Counted from the first letter of the whole stretch, positions 50,711-63,174 are shown. The stretch: DNA of 63,174 bases, filler included, from Diploschistes diacapsis (GCA_023645945.1; 22 parts of 22 records of this genome joined end to end with filler, not necessarily neighbours in it), one strand, 5' to 3'. Translations and numbers: made by a program. Notes: generated by a model from the letters alone, not told the origin.

Positions 50711-51302
50711 TAGGCTGGCCGTTTCGTGCCACGGTCACTGACACGGACACTGCAGCAAAAATTTTCAAAACACAGACACTGACACGGACACGACAGCTAA
50801 AATTTTAAAACACGGACACTGACACGGACATTACACTGCAGTAAAAGCACGGACACGGACACTATAATTAAAAATTTTAAAATACTGACATTAACACGGA
50901 CATTACATTTCCGTGAATCCACCGAAACACTACGGTGAATCCATCGAAACATTATAATGAAATTTTTTTAAAAAAATAAAAGCGTGAGAAATAAGCGTGA
51001 TAATTCTAGAATTATTAAAATTAAAAAAATAATTTAAAGTATTTCGATAAATGTACGGATACGGATACCGCAATAAAAAAATTTTCGACACGGATATTAA
51101 CACGGATATTATATTATAATAAAAGCACGGACACGGATACTATAATTAAAAATTTTAAAATATTAATATTGACACGGACACTGTATTTCCGTGAATCCAC
51201 GGACACGGACACCGCAGCTAAAAAATCTAAAATACGGACATTGACACTGTCAGTGTCCGTGTCACTGACACGGCCGTGTCAGTGTCAGTGACGGCCAGCC
51301 TA
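50711..51302. mobile_element. Complete 592-bp family D MITE (hAT-like termini, subterminal CACGGACAC arrays)
   Basis: Perfect 12-bp TIR TAGGCTGGCCGT...ACGGCCAGCCTA; non-coding interior. Confidence 0.85.
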
Positions 51303-51304
51303 AT

Positions 51305-51601
51305 TGAAACGCCAGCGCAGGAATGGGATATTACACTACCGGGGGCTGGGCCTGATCCGGTGAAATTACGTGTAGCTAGGTATCTGTAGGTAAAAGGTCT
51401 CGATTCGAAAAGCTAGAGAAGAAATTATTTAAATGGGAAGGTAGCAGGAATAAATAGTGTGTAAGTGCCAGCCCTACATGGTTCGGGTCCTACCCGCCTA
51501 CACCGCCACCCCCTAACATCCTTGGCACGGTTGGTACCCGTCATGTGACCCTACCGTCACGTGACCCCCGTAGCTTGGCACGTCTGGATTAATTTATCTC
51601 A
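51305..51601 (-). mobile_element. LTR family E with PPT (lacks the 34-bp array)
   Basis: Plus strand TGAAACGCCAGCGCAGG...TCTCA|TTACCCCCC. The adjacent 51602-51889 matches 44580-44856. Confidence 0.8.
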
Positions 51602-51989
51602 TTACCCCCCTTTTTAGATGCTTGTGTCTCTTATAAACGCGATAATGACTTTTATAGTCAATATCTATTTCGATCTTTATTCCTTTCGCTGATTTATTTA
51701 AAAGGATATTTATTATTCTTTCGTAATAGATGTTATCGTCTTTTTAAACCTCTTTTAATGGTATTTTTATTTAAATATACTTTTAGATTTTATAAAAGAA
51801 CGTGATCGTTAATAATAATCGATATAATTTTATTTTAAAAATTCGTTCCCGTTTATAGTCTTTATTGGCGTATGTTGTCTATCCTTAGGNNNNNNNNNNN
51901 NNNNNNNNNNNNNNNNNNNNNNNNNNNNNNNNNTTAATTAATTAANNNNNNNNNNNNNNNNNNNNNNNNNNNNNNNNNNNNNNNNNNNN

Positions 51990-53771
51990 CAGGCCCTCCT
52001 CGCATCAACCCAAGCCACCACCCCCCCCAAATCCTCCAGCACCGCCAGCGTCTTACCCATCTTATCCCACATCTCCTTCGCCGACAAATTCGTCCCGAAC
52101 ACACTTTTCCCTTTTTCTTCTCCATCGCCACCACCACCACCATCGGCCCCGCCACCGCCGCCAGCAGCCTGCGCGTCGATAATGGAGAAGGAGACGGAAG
52201 AAGAAGGATACGGAACATCATGTTCGATGTCCACGCCAGCGTTCGGCTGCACGCGGAACGTGGCCAGGCAGCTTGCGGGAGCCGTTCCCGGTGCGCGCGT
52301 AGGCGAGGCGGATACAGCCGAAGATGAAGTCAAAGCTGAAGTTAAATCTAAAGTTGAAGTCCTGGGAGAAGGAGAGAAAGAGGAAGAGGAAGAGGAGGAG
52401 GGAAAAGAGATAGAAAGCGCCAGATCGATGCGGCGCGGGAGCGGGGCGTAGGCGAAAGAGACGTCGATGCTGACGGGTGTGGCGAGGATAGAATGAGAAT
52501 GGTGGGTTGTAGGTTCGGCGGAAGATGATAGGGGTGGCTTTGGGGGTTCGATGGCCCGGCGAGCGGGTGCGGGCTTGTTGGGCTCGTTGTCGGAGTCGGA
52601 GCTGTCTGTGTCGGAAGGGGGATCGTAGGGCTGGTAGTGGTGGATGCGGAAGTTGAGGTTTGGCTTTTTTGGCTGAGGGGGACGTGTGCGGTTGGGTATA
52701 GGGCGGTTAGAGGTGGGATGTGTATCTGTAGCTGTCGTTGTAGTTGCAGTGGCGTGTCGACCGGTCTCCGGCCGCAGAGACTGCTCGCCGTCGACGCCGA
52801 AACTGCGCTGTAGCATCTTCCCGAAGAACGCCCACTGCCGCAGGTAGGGCAGAATGTCGACGAGCTGTTTTGGGTGCGAGAAGGGTATTTCGTGGATCGT
52901 GCGTGCCCAGGAATCGGGCTGCGAGAAGAAGTTGAAGCGCAGGCGATGCGAAGTAGGCTTGCCGCTGGCGTCGAACGAGCGGGCCACTCTGTCGAAATGG
53001 AGTTCGGCGTCCTTCGACGAGTCCTTGGCAGAGCTGGATTCTTGGACTGCGGCCGGAAACAGCAGCGCGGCGAAAGTGGTTGGTTGAATGGATTCGTGCG
53101 GAATGGGCTGCCCGACGTGGTTGAAGATCTCGATGGCTGCGGAGAGGGAGAGAGTCACGGGAGGGTCGAGCCGGGCGACAAAACGAATATTGGGTAGTGT
53201 GCCTCTCGTGATGCCAAGGTCCAGACTACCGCCCGTGCCGGCCGATGTCTCGGTGTTGGGGATGAATGTGGGTGGAGGATCTTGCCAGAGGGGAAGGATA
53301 TCGTCTTTCAGCGACTCTGCAGCTGTATCGGCGAGCCAAGCGTTTGAGATGCGGATGGAAGGATACTGGGTTGCGTTCAACTCCTCGCAATCTATGAGCA
53401 GATTGTAGGGTCTTTCAAGAGACCCTGTTGTGGGCACAGTAGATGCGCTGCTCTCCGTAGACAAAGAGCTTTTCGCCGGGTCCTTCGCGGCAACAATCCT
53501 CCTGTCAACCCAATAATCCAGCCTCAGCCCAATCTTATCCTCCGCATGCATTGCAGGCCTCCCGCTCCTCTCACACATCACCAAAACCTCGGCCTCCCTT
53601 TGTGTGGCCGTTCCCCCCTTCTCCTCCCTCTCCTTCTTCACCTCTATCTCCCACAACCTCCTCAGCGCCCCACTCACCCCCTCCAACGCACTAAAGCAAC
53701 TAACACTCCCCTTCCCTAACGTGTCGATCCTCGCCAGCCTTGCCAAATTCCCCACAAACCTCTCCAAACCC
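51990..53771 (-). CDS. MED1: Mediator subunit 1 (fungal Med1), partial at both contig ends
   Basis: Open frame across the whole contig; FVGNLARLARID..SCFSALEG..LRRLWE, CERSGRPAMH..IGLRLDYW, IPFSHPKQL..LRQWA, LEDLGGVVAWV. Confidence 0.85.
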
Positions 53772-53871
53772 NNNNNNNNNNNNNNNNNNNNNNNNNNNNN
53801 NNNNNNNNNNNNNNNTTAATTAATTAANNNNNNNNNNNNNNNNNNNNNNNNNNNNNNNNNNNNNNNNNNNN

Positions 53872-54240
53872 AGTTAAACGAGGCCGTATTAATATTATTT
53901 ATATATTTATAGATAAGATGGTTATCGACGAATTAACGAAACTACTAAATTACGTCAAACACGATATGTTCGTTAAAACTTAAATTAATATAAAAGACAT
54001 CTAGCTAAATTAAATAAACATGTCGATGGTTCCGTTCGTAAGGGAGTGTTAAGTAAATAAATAGAATGTATGGCTGGGAAGTTTAGCTGAACCTACTAGG
54101 GTTCCTGCTAATCCTAATCGGGAGTAGTGCAAGTCTATAGGGCTTAGTGGATCCCATTGGTATAAGAGCTTGTATGCAGACTATTCTTTCTAGTTAGATC
54201 GCTAGATATCTAGACTTCAATACATGCGTTGTCCAAAAGA
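53872..54240 (+). mobile_element. Copia RNase H end, PPT and family B-type LTR
   Basis: VKRGRINIIYIFIDKMVIDELTKLL; PPT GTAAGGGAG|TGTT. Confidence 0.75.
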
Positions 54241-55029
54241 TTTAATAACTTATATGAAAAGAAACGTCTACCGTTATTAATCTCGATAGTTAGAATTATG
54301 GATATTCGTTGGTTTTGAAGCTTTTCGTTCGATGTTCGTAAATCGATAATTTCGTCGATAAGACGTATTCGGTTTTTTTATTTTTTATTTAATAATTATT
54401 TTAATTCGTTTCTTTTATTTAAATCTTTCTCGAATTATTATTAGAATCGTTAAATCTTTCGTTCGTTTTATTAATTCGTTTCTTTTACGGTTATTACGTA
54501 AATACGAATTGATTTTATTAATTTAATTAATTCGTTTTTCGTTCGTTAATAAATCTCTTTTACTCGTTTTTACGATTATAGATCTATCACGTTCTCGATA
54601 ATTATGTTTTAATTAATTAATTCTTTTATTAGATTTTTAAACGAGGATTTTTTTCGTTTAATATTATCGCGGGGACCTACTTGGGCGCGTCCCGGTGTTA
54701 GTTTTTCGTTAATATTAAATCCTTCGAAAGTTTTTAACGTTAATAACTATTATAACGCGGGATATCTTATAAATGGTTCTTTAATTAACGATTTATTTAC
54801 TGAATTGTATTTTTTAACCGATGGTATCTCGGTTAATTCTTTAAAAGGCGGAGATATTATCGATTTTCTTTTTCTTTTTTGATCTTTTCTATCAGCGGAA
54901 GTTATTGTTTATAATAAATCGGCGGGTAATATTTTCGAGTTCCGATTATCGTGAACTCACTCGAATATTTAATTCGATTAACGTTTTAAACTCTCGTCAC
55001 GAGTACGAAGATAAAGTGAGTTTTTCGAA

Positions 55030-55329
55030 TATAAAACGCCAGCGTAGGAATGGAATACTATATTATCGGGAGCTAGGTCTGATCCGGAAGGATTACGTGT
55101 AGCTGGTTATTTATAAATAAAAGATTTCGATTCGAAAAGCTAGAAAAGAAACTATCTAGATGGGAGGATGGCAGGAATAAATAGTATATAGGTGCCAGCC
55201 CTACAGGGTTCGGGTCCTACCCGCCTACACAGCCACCCCCTAACATCCTTGGCACGGTTGGTACCCGTCATGTGACCCTGCCGTCACGTGACCCCGGTGG
55301 CTTGGCACGCCTGGGCTGATCTGTCTCAT
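55030..55329 (-). mobile_element. LTR family E copy
   Basis: Matches 51305-51601. Confidence 0.75.
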
Positions 55330-55859
55330 CAATCTTAATTATTAAAAACCATAGATTCCGATACGGTCCTTAATAGTATGCTAATATCTCAATATCGATT
55401 CGTTTTTAAAATATCTTAATTATTATCGGTTCTAAAATTTTTAAAATACGAAAGAACTTTATTTATTAAACTTCGTAATCGATAGTATTTATTTCCTAAA
55501 GCGATATAACCTCTGAACGTATACGTCCTATATAAAAGAAATTTTAAGCTAAAGCTGCTTCTCGATTTAATAATATTTTTATTAATAAGGTTCTTTCTTT
55601 TTTAATAAGTTGTTTATTTATATTCAAACCTTACTTCCGTTTTTCCGTGAAACNNNNNNNNNNNNNNNNNNNNNNNNNNNNNNNNNNNNNNNNNNNNTTA
55701 ATTAATTAANNNNNNNNNNNNNNNNNNNNNNNNNNNNNNNNNNNNNNNNNNNNGGGTATTGGAGTGAAGGAGCAGGGAGGGGAAGGGAGAGTAGAGGGTG
55801 CGAATGTCTGGGGGGCGAGGGAAGGAGGAGATGGAAGAGGGGATGAAGAGGAGACGTAC

Positions 55860-55907
55860 ATATTGGACGTGTGAGAGGGAGAGGGATGCGAGGGCTGGGC
55901 CGTCCAT
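55860..55907 (-). CDS. CAX4: First exon of a probable dolichyl-diphosphatase (PAP2 family, CAX4/CWH8); the rest of the gene is off the contig
   Basis: MDGPALASLSLSHVQY followed by a GTACGT donor and a pyrimidine-rich intron. It resembles the LASLSLTHVxY N-terminus of Pezizomycotina Cax4 orthologues (recalled; only 16 aa). Confidence 0.6.
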
Positions 55908-56300
55908 TTGGGAGAGAATAGGTGGATGTGCTTCAGGTAGGGGGAGCTGTCCAACTTTTAGGCCCTGTTTGGTGGTCAGCGTAGAGCATGTGTAGAGCCT
56001 CTGCGTAGATTGTACGAGGTCACATGACCTTTACGCTTCTATTAACGTGTTTCACCACGAAACGGATCACTCCACGAAACGGATCATTATGTTATAATAT
56101 AATTACGTTAGATCGAACGCTTTCATATTTATACGAAATTAAATCTATTTTTAATTATTGTTGAAAGTGGTGGAAGTCCTAATAGGTAACTGATGACTAA
56201 GAGTGTATTCTTCAACTAGTCCTAACTAGGGAAAAATCCTAGCCTGCCTAGCCTGGTAGCTGACTATTATACAGTGATAATTCCTAAGCGAAGCTTAGGA

Positions 56301-56578
56301 CTATAGTTGCAGATTAGTGTGTTTATGGGCGCAGAAAAAACCGTAGATAAGAAAAATTAACTCCGAAAGTATCAGTCAAGGGTTTGATTGGCCGAAATGG
56401 GCTTGTAACGGGTTTGATTGGCCGAACTGAATTATTCCAGAACTATAGTTACAGATTAGTATATTTATGGGCGCAGAAAAAACCGTAGATAAGAAAAATT
56501 AACTCCGAAAATATTAATTAAGGATTTGATTAGCCGAAATAAGCTTGTAACGAATTGAATTAACCGAACTGAATTATA
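56301..56578 (+). repeat. 142-bp tandem duplication
   Basis: CTATAGTTRCAGATTAGT... begins at 56301 and again at 56443. Confidence 0.85.
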
Positions 56579-56662
56579 ACTAAACTAAACTAAACTAAAT
56601 TTCCCGTTGTGTTTCCGTTTCTTCTTCTCGCCCGTAATCTTTTTTATCTAATATCTTTAGTA

Positions 56663-57535
56663 ACGTGTTTCACGGATTCCGGCCACCCCCAGATTCCGGC
56701 TACTTCAAATCACTACTGCTAACATTTTACGGTTTTTAGATATAACCTATTCATCGTAATTAGAATCTAATCGATCAGAATCGAATTTATTTTCCTTTTC
56801 TTTAATTTTTTCGATTTTAGAAACGCGACGACGTTTTTTACGCGTTATAAATCGTTTCGAAATTATTCGATTCGATTTAACTTAAATTATTATTTTAAGA
56901 ACTTCGTCTGTACTAAATATAAAACGATCTTTTAATTCGATTCGTTTACTTAATTTACGTTTTTGTAAAAGCGGGGGTAGTGCCTAATAGGTAGCGCTAA
57001 CCCACTGAGCCAAAAGACTAACCACAATGCTTTCAGGAACCCCGAAGCACTGTTTCCCTATTACACTATATGTAGGTGCGTGGCTGTGGCAGCAGGCGGC
57101 AGATGTGTAACCCCGCAGGCCTTACAGTTTTTTACGATTATTAAGAAACGTTTTTTGTTTTCGATTTTCTTTACGAAACGTTATAAGTTTAATATACGTC
57201 GATTTAAGCATACGGATTATTCGATTCGAATAACGTCGAATCGGGTTAATTAGTTTTGAAACGGCTCGCAACGTTTGATTAAATTTTTTATTAGTTTTTC
57301 GTAATTCGGTCGTATTTAATAGAGAATTATATAATAAAAATAAATTTAAATCGAATTGATGCGAGGTTGAAAGAGGGCTATAAAGTAGAAATAAAGGGGT
57401 CCGATAGGTCGAATAAAGTTTATTAATTATAGTTATAAGATTAATACATTATAATTTAGTATTTATAAAGTCTGTTTAAGCGTTTCGATTCGTAATAGCT
57501 CGATTCCGAGTTATTAGAAATAATTCGATCTATTC
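56663..57535 (-). mobile_element. Family F pogo element 3' end, interrupted by a solo LTR
   Basis: TA|ACGTGTTTCACGG...; inverse of 46337-46905. Confidence 0.75.
56964..57126 (-). mobile_element. Solo LTR of TRIM family J with 5-bp TSD GTTTT
   Basis: TGTAAAAGCGGGGGTAGTGCC...CCTTACA; GTTTT on both sides; the host sequence rejoins if the LTR is removed. Confidence 0.88.
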
Positions 57536-57635
57536 NNNNNNNNNNNNNNNNNNNNNNNNNNNNNNNNNNNNNNNNNNNNTTAATTAATTAANNNNNNNNN
57601 NNNNNNNNNNNNNNNNNNNNNNNNNNNNNNNNNNN

Positions 57636-58895
57636 CGCCTAATGTAAAAACATACCCGATAATAACGAGAAAGTAAGAAAAACAGCTTTTATAGTAAAGC
57701 TATTTAAAGGTAATCTAAATTAAACGAAATAATTAACCGAATATTTTACAACCTTTCCCGCACCTCCCGCGAGAGACTCGAAAAGATTAAGAGTTAGTTA
57801 TATTAATATAACATCGATTACTAATAATAGATATTAAAGACGCATTAACGCTAACTAAAATTATAATAAAAAATTACTACGATAATCGTTATTAAGTTAG
57901 GTTCTTTAACGTCGGCGATAAAGTTGAACTACGATTATATCGAAGGTTTAAATTCTTTAAGATAATAAATCGGATAATAAGCTAATAATTCTCGGGATTA
58001 TATAAAATATTAGAAAGAATTAGAAAGCTGGTTTATCGATTGGATTTTCTAGAACATATCAAATTTCATTTAGTCGTATCGATTGCTTATTTCGAAGCCC
58101 TTTTATAAAGAAACGACCCGTATAAGCGACGTTTATCCCCACCTTAACCTGTTATAGTGGATAAGTAAGAGGAACATTTCGAGATCGAAAAGTTATTAGT
58201 AAAGAAAAGGTATAAAAGAGGTAGAAGTTATATTACGGAATATTTAATTAGATAGCTAAAATACCCATTTAAGGATAATATATGAATCAATATTAAAAAA
58301 TTAAAGTATGTTATAAAGCTTATCGATACTTACGAACGTATGTAAAAACAGGAGTAGCAATAGGTTTTATAGTAGGCAAATATTTAAAAAGGATCTAAGG
58401 GTTCTGCGAAAGAATTACTATAAGAAGATAGAAGATAGGACCTCAAGATGTTAGGTAGATAGGAGCTTATATTTGGCGGCAATAGGCGGCTTCGAAATTA
58501 ATTGATATAAAACTAAAACATAAAACAGCTTCGGGAGTTGTTATAAAGGGTTTATTAAATATATTTTGAGCGTTGGCTTTTAAGCTTTTATGATCAAAAG
58601 TTTGTATGAACTTTTGATTTTTTCGGAATTATAAGTGTGGCCCGCTGGCCTGGAAGTTGCTATCGAGTTACTTTCTAGATTGCCTATAGTTATAAATATA
58701 CTTTTAGAAAGTAGAGATATAAAAATTATTGGGGCAATAGCTTTTTAAGAAAAGGACACTATCACGGGACCGGCATATAGTCCTGATAGGATTAGATAGG
58801 CTTGGCGTTGCTTGGGCCAAGAGGCCATAGTCTTTTGGAGGGGCCCATCCTCTTCTATCAATACAATCCATCCACCAAGCCTTGTCCTTGTTACA
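57636..58895 (+). mobile_element. Chromovirus (Gypsy) integrase C-terminus, chromodomain, PPT and short 3' LTR (58760-58895)
   Basis: FNVGDKVELRL, GLYKILERIRKLVYRLD, HFEIEKLL...EYLIR*LKY; PPT AAGAAAAGGACAC; LTR ends TTGTTACA. Confidence 0.8.
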
Positions 58896-59260
58896 ATAAT
58901 CGTCCGCGTAAATGGCCTAAATAATAAAAACTTATTCTCGATTATCTGGTTGTTTCGTACGAGGTTTATTTTTGCGATTTAAAGTAATTACGACCTTTAT
59001 ATGGCCTAATATTCCTATAAGAAAGCCGATTTCGTCGAAATTATAAATATCCGAATCGAGGATATTATATTTATTAATTACGTTACGTACGAGATCGAAT
59101 TAGTTTCGTACGATTCGTAAATTTTTAATTAATGCTTTTTAATAATCGATTTTACGTTAAAATCGTATTTTTAGCGTTTTTTATTTTCGTACGAAATTTT
59201 ATATTTATCGTGATCCGACCGGCGACGTATTTCGAACTACGCGTATTAAATTGGTTATAT

Positions 59261-59385
59261 TAGGCTGGCCGTAACAGTGTCCGTGTTTTAAAATTTTAGC
59301 TATAATGTCCGTGTCAGTGTCCGTGTTTTGAAAATTTTTATTGTAGTGTCCGTGTCAGTGACCGTGGCACGAAACGGCCAGCCTA
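59261..59385. mobile_element. 125-bp internally deleted family D MITE
   Basis: Both TIRs present: TAGGCTGGCCGT...ACGGCCAGCCTA. Confidence 0.8.
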
Positions 59386-60255
59386 GTAATTATGACCTTT
59401 ATATAACCTAATATTCNNNNNNNNNNNNNNNNNNNNNNNNNNNNNNNNNNNNNNNNNNNNTTAATTAATTAANNNNNNNNNNNNNNNNNNNNNNNNNNNN
59501 NNNNNNNNNNNNNNNNGAACACGATAGTAAATCTAATAACACGAATACGACGATTAAAAATTTTAAAACACGAACACTTTCACGGACATTATATTATAAT
59601 AAAAATACGGACACGGATATTACGGTTAAAAATTTTAAAACACGGATACTTCCACGGATATTATACTATAATAAAAGCACGGACACGGATACTACGGCTA
59701 AAAATTTTAAAACACGGACACTGCCACGGCCGTGTCCGTGACGGCCAGCCTACTTTATAGATTAAGTATCAGAAATTTACTGAACCTAAACGTTGTTAAC
59801 TGAACCTCGAATTCGCCAATTACAAACTCGGGAATAGTACGACTATTTAGGAAACGTGGATATACTTAGTGAAACTTTTAAAACGGATATCGTATAAATA
59901 AGAGAATCATGTTTTAAAGGTTCCTTTTTAATAATTATTTATAACATTATTACCTGACTACGTAATTATTGTCGACGTTATTAATATTTAAATCGATAGT
60001 ATTTTATCCGTCAATATCGATTACGATAAATGGTTAAATAGGTTAATCGATAAACAAAAAAAGCTGATGTTTTCTATATTGTCGGAATAAGGGGTTATAT
60101 AAGGAAGCATTCGCGTAAAGATCGTTGGCGAGATTACAACGCTTGAAATAACGTTATTATATTATAAAATATGACGTTTTATCAAAAACAATCGGTTTTA
60201 GTCGAAAAGATATCTAAATGAACTATTATGCTAGATAATTCCGTCTATAAAGGAA

Positions 60256-60533
60256 TGTTAAATAAATAGACGGAAGATATGATTATAAACTCGGCTTATT
60301 TCGGGAGATTTATTAAAGAAATTCGGGAAATTTAGTTCGATAAATTTATCGAGGTTTAGTTTAGTTTAGTTCAGCTGAACCTTATAAAATCCGGTGGAAT
60401 CCTAACTAGACCGATCAGGAATAATATGGGTAGTAAGGCTTAGCGAGTTCCGTGGGGTATAAAAGTCTGTACAGTAGGATACTTCCTAGGATAAGACTTC
60501 TAGACTTCAATATATCCATTACGTTACTAAACA
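60256..60533 (+). mobile_element. Family B Copia LTR variant
   Basis: TGTT...CATTACGTTACTAAACA; an inverse copy ends at 12399. Confidence 0.7.
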
Positions 60534-60805
60534 GAAAGATTTATTTTTAGTTTTATAATCTTTTAATTAAGCTTTTATATATAACGTACATGTATAGCGA
60601 GCGGACACTCATAGCGAACGGATATCCCCCTATTCGATTTTACGAACTTTTAATTTTCGTATCAATTTTCTACGCGTACGATTATAGAATCATTTTTAAT
60701 TAAAAATAGAATTATAATAACATTTTAGGTTATTAAATAAGATTTAAATCTTTATATAAAACGCGTATTTTAGATATATAAGATTCCTTGTACGACGCTT
60801 ATTAC

Positions 60806-61295
60806 TAGGCTGGCCGTCACTGACACTGACACGGCCGTGTCAGTGACACGGACACTGACCGTGTCAGTGTCCGTGTTTTAGATTTTTTAACTACGGTGTC
60901 CGTGTCCGTGGATTTACGGAAATATAATATTCGTATTAATATCAATATTTTAAAATTTTTAATTATAATATCCGTATCCGTGCTTTTATTATAATATAGT
61001 ATCCGTGTTAATATTCATATCGAAAATTTTTTTATTACGGTATCCGTGTCCGTGCATTCACCGAAACATTTTAAATTATTTTTTTAATTTTAATAATTCT
61101 AGAATTATTATACCTATTTCTCACGCTTTTATTTTTTTAAAAAAATTTTATTATAATATTTCGATAGATTTACCGTAGTGTTTCGATAAATTTACGGAAA
61201 TATAGTGTCCGTGTTAATATTAATGTTTTAAAATTTTTAATTATAATATCCGTGTTCGTGCTTTTACTGCAGTGTAGTGTCCGTGTTAGTATCCG
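60806..61295. mobile_element. Family D MITE, truncated by the contig end
   Basis: Reverse complement of 50811-51302. Confidence 0.8.
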
Positions 61296-61395
61296 NNNNN
61301 NNNNNNNNNNNNNNNNNNNNNNNNNNNNNNNNNNNNNNNTTAATTAATTAANNNNNNNNNNNNNNNNNNNNNNNNNNNNNNNNNNNNNNNNNNNN

Positions 61396-61800
61396 ATATT
61401 AATTACAATAAATTTGATTTCGTATAGAAGAAAAGTGGAAATAAAAAAATAAATCAATTATAAGTCTATACTAGCTTCGGGAAGAATACTCTATAATAAT
61501 AAAAAATAACGAATATAGATTAATCTCGAGTAATAATTAAAAAAATCTATAAAAATAAATATATCAAAATTTAAAGAAACCCTAATAACGTTCTTTATAT
61601 AGAATCACTGGCCCTATCGCTAAACGCCAGTTACCAAATAGGCTGACGTCGAGCATCTAATAGTACCAAACGTCAGACGTTAGACAGCACTTAGGCTGTC
61701 GTCTGGCAGTCACGTGACCCATGTCACTATGATTGGTCTATATACGAGAATGGCTGGGACGTGCCAAGGAGACTACCCCGTAGTTACTTGGATCGTAACA
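61396..61800 (-). mobile_element. LTR family A variant
   Basis: Ends TTGGATCGTAACA on the plus strand; shares CACGTGACCC..GATTGG..TATA with 6400-6512. Confidence 0.7.
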
Positions 61801-62932
61801 ATATCTGTGAAACTTTATTTTAAAATATTATTTAATAATTCTTTATAGAATAAATAATTTAAAACCTGAAACGTAATTTTCCGTCGAAAACGTTTATTAT
61901 AGAAATACTCGCGTATAACGAGGAAACGTTTTTAAATCGTTAATTTTACGATATTTCTACCTTTCACGTTTCGATTTTTTCGTTTTTTTCGAGTTTATTA
62001 GCTTTTTTAGTTTGTAACGAATAATCGATATAATTTTGCGCAACGTGCATAGTGTCGGAATATAAACATGAACTGCTGCTTGCTAAGAGGTGCGCATCTT
62101 TTGGCGTAGTGGTTTAGTTCAACACATAGTGCAAAAATGTTTTTTTAAAGCGTCGTCGATTAGCAGAGGTCAAATACGCGTTCGTGGCGAAAATTCGGTG
62201 TTTATGCGGAGTTAGAAGGTGTGGCGCAGCGCAGGGGTGAGAATGTCATTTAGGGTTGTTGATAGTCCTATTCTTCCATTATCACGATAGCAGAAACCTA
62301 GCGAAAAACCCGACCGGAGATCTCTTCGGAAACGACTAATCAACCTAATATTACGTTATCTTATAATGATTCGTTAGAGACTTCCGTTCAACGTGATCCC
62401 CTATCTTTCAACAATAATGACGAACGTTCTACAGACACCATACTAGAATCATCTCCCGTAAGTATACATGCAACTATTAATGTTTTAATTTCTAGAACCA
62501 CCATAGGTCCACTTTTCTATTGGTACCTCGCCCCCGAACTAGATACTCCGGGAACACCTTCTTTTATTAATAAGGATATGATGAAGTTCGTTACTCAATA
62601 AGAAGGGTTCTGCAAGAAATATCTTATAACGGCTAAGGAATTCTTTACTCGCCTATCTGATTATAATAAAGAATCTATTGGAATATTGATTAAAGCTTCC
62701 CCAGAATTTACTAAACGTGATTAAAATACGTCGAAAAGATCCCTACTTCGTGATTATACGCACCTAAATACTAGATAATAAATAACATAAAGACCTATTT
62801 AGTAAAATTGGTCACTAAATACAGAAATAATCAAAAAAAATTACGAAACTTCTGTTCTAAATATAAAATTATGACTAAAAATCTTCTTCGATAAGGTATT
62901 CTTTCGAGAAAAGAAGCGGTCACTATTCTAAT

Positions 62933-63174
62933 TAGGCTGGCCGTCACTGACACTAACACGGCCGTGTCAGTAACACGGACACTGACACTGTCAGTGTCCG
63001 TGTTTTAGGTTTTTTAGCTGCGGTATCCGTGTCCGTGGATTTACGGAAGTGCAGTGTCCGTATTAGTATTAATATTTTAAAATTTTTCATTATAGTGTTC
63101 GTGTCCGTGCTTTTATTATAATATAGTATCCGTCTTAGTATCCGTGACGAAAATTTTTTGATTATAAGGGCTGT
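62933..63174. mobile_element. Family D MITE end
   Basis: TAGGCTGGCCGTCACTGACAC terminus and arrays. Confidence 0.8.

Noticed and set aside
56575..56600. (TAAAC)n as a telomeric repeat
   Set aside because: Only about four units, internal, and similar to RIP-ed TGAAC repeats of the family B LTR.
62095..62200. TGGCGTAGTGG as a Pol III A-box (tRNA or SINE)
   Set aside because: No convincing B-box or cloverleaf downstream.
62300..62930. Gag-like ORF remnant (PGTPSF..KFV), and similar remnants at 39095-39950 and 49500-49660
   Set aside because: Probably retroelement gag, but too degraded to assign or delimit with confidence.

Overview
Eukaryotic DNA from a filamentous ascomycete (Pezizomycotina-type genes, short GT-AG introns, RIP-like damage). 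The window is not continuous. It holds 22 contigs joined by 21 artificial 100-nt linkers (N44-TTAATTAATTAA-N44). Twenty-one contigs are 1.78-1.80 kb; nineteen of these consist of AT-rich, RIP-degraded, nested transposons (Copia and chromo-Gypsy LTR elements, TRIM-like non-autonomous elements, Fot1/pogo transposons and MITEs, a hAT-like MITE). One carries most of MED1, and one starts with exon 1 of a probable dolichyl-diphosphatase (CAX4/CWH8) followed by transposons. The 23.5-kb contig (13256-36798) is gene-rich: two A1 aspartic proteases, an RRM/RGG protein, an AVT2-like amino-acid transporter with a 12-nt microexon, a small mitochondria-targeted protein, a divergent catalase, cytosolic MetRS, a secreted protein built of four Cys-rich CPGC repeats with an acidic tail, and LST8. 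The best novelty candidates are the CPGC-repeat secreted protein, a Copia-LTR non-autonomous element whose interior reads like a decayed non-gag/pol repeat ORF, a complete 605-bp TRIM with a target-site duplication (TSD), and a long-TIR foldback pogo element. All calls were made by eye; no searches were run.
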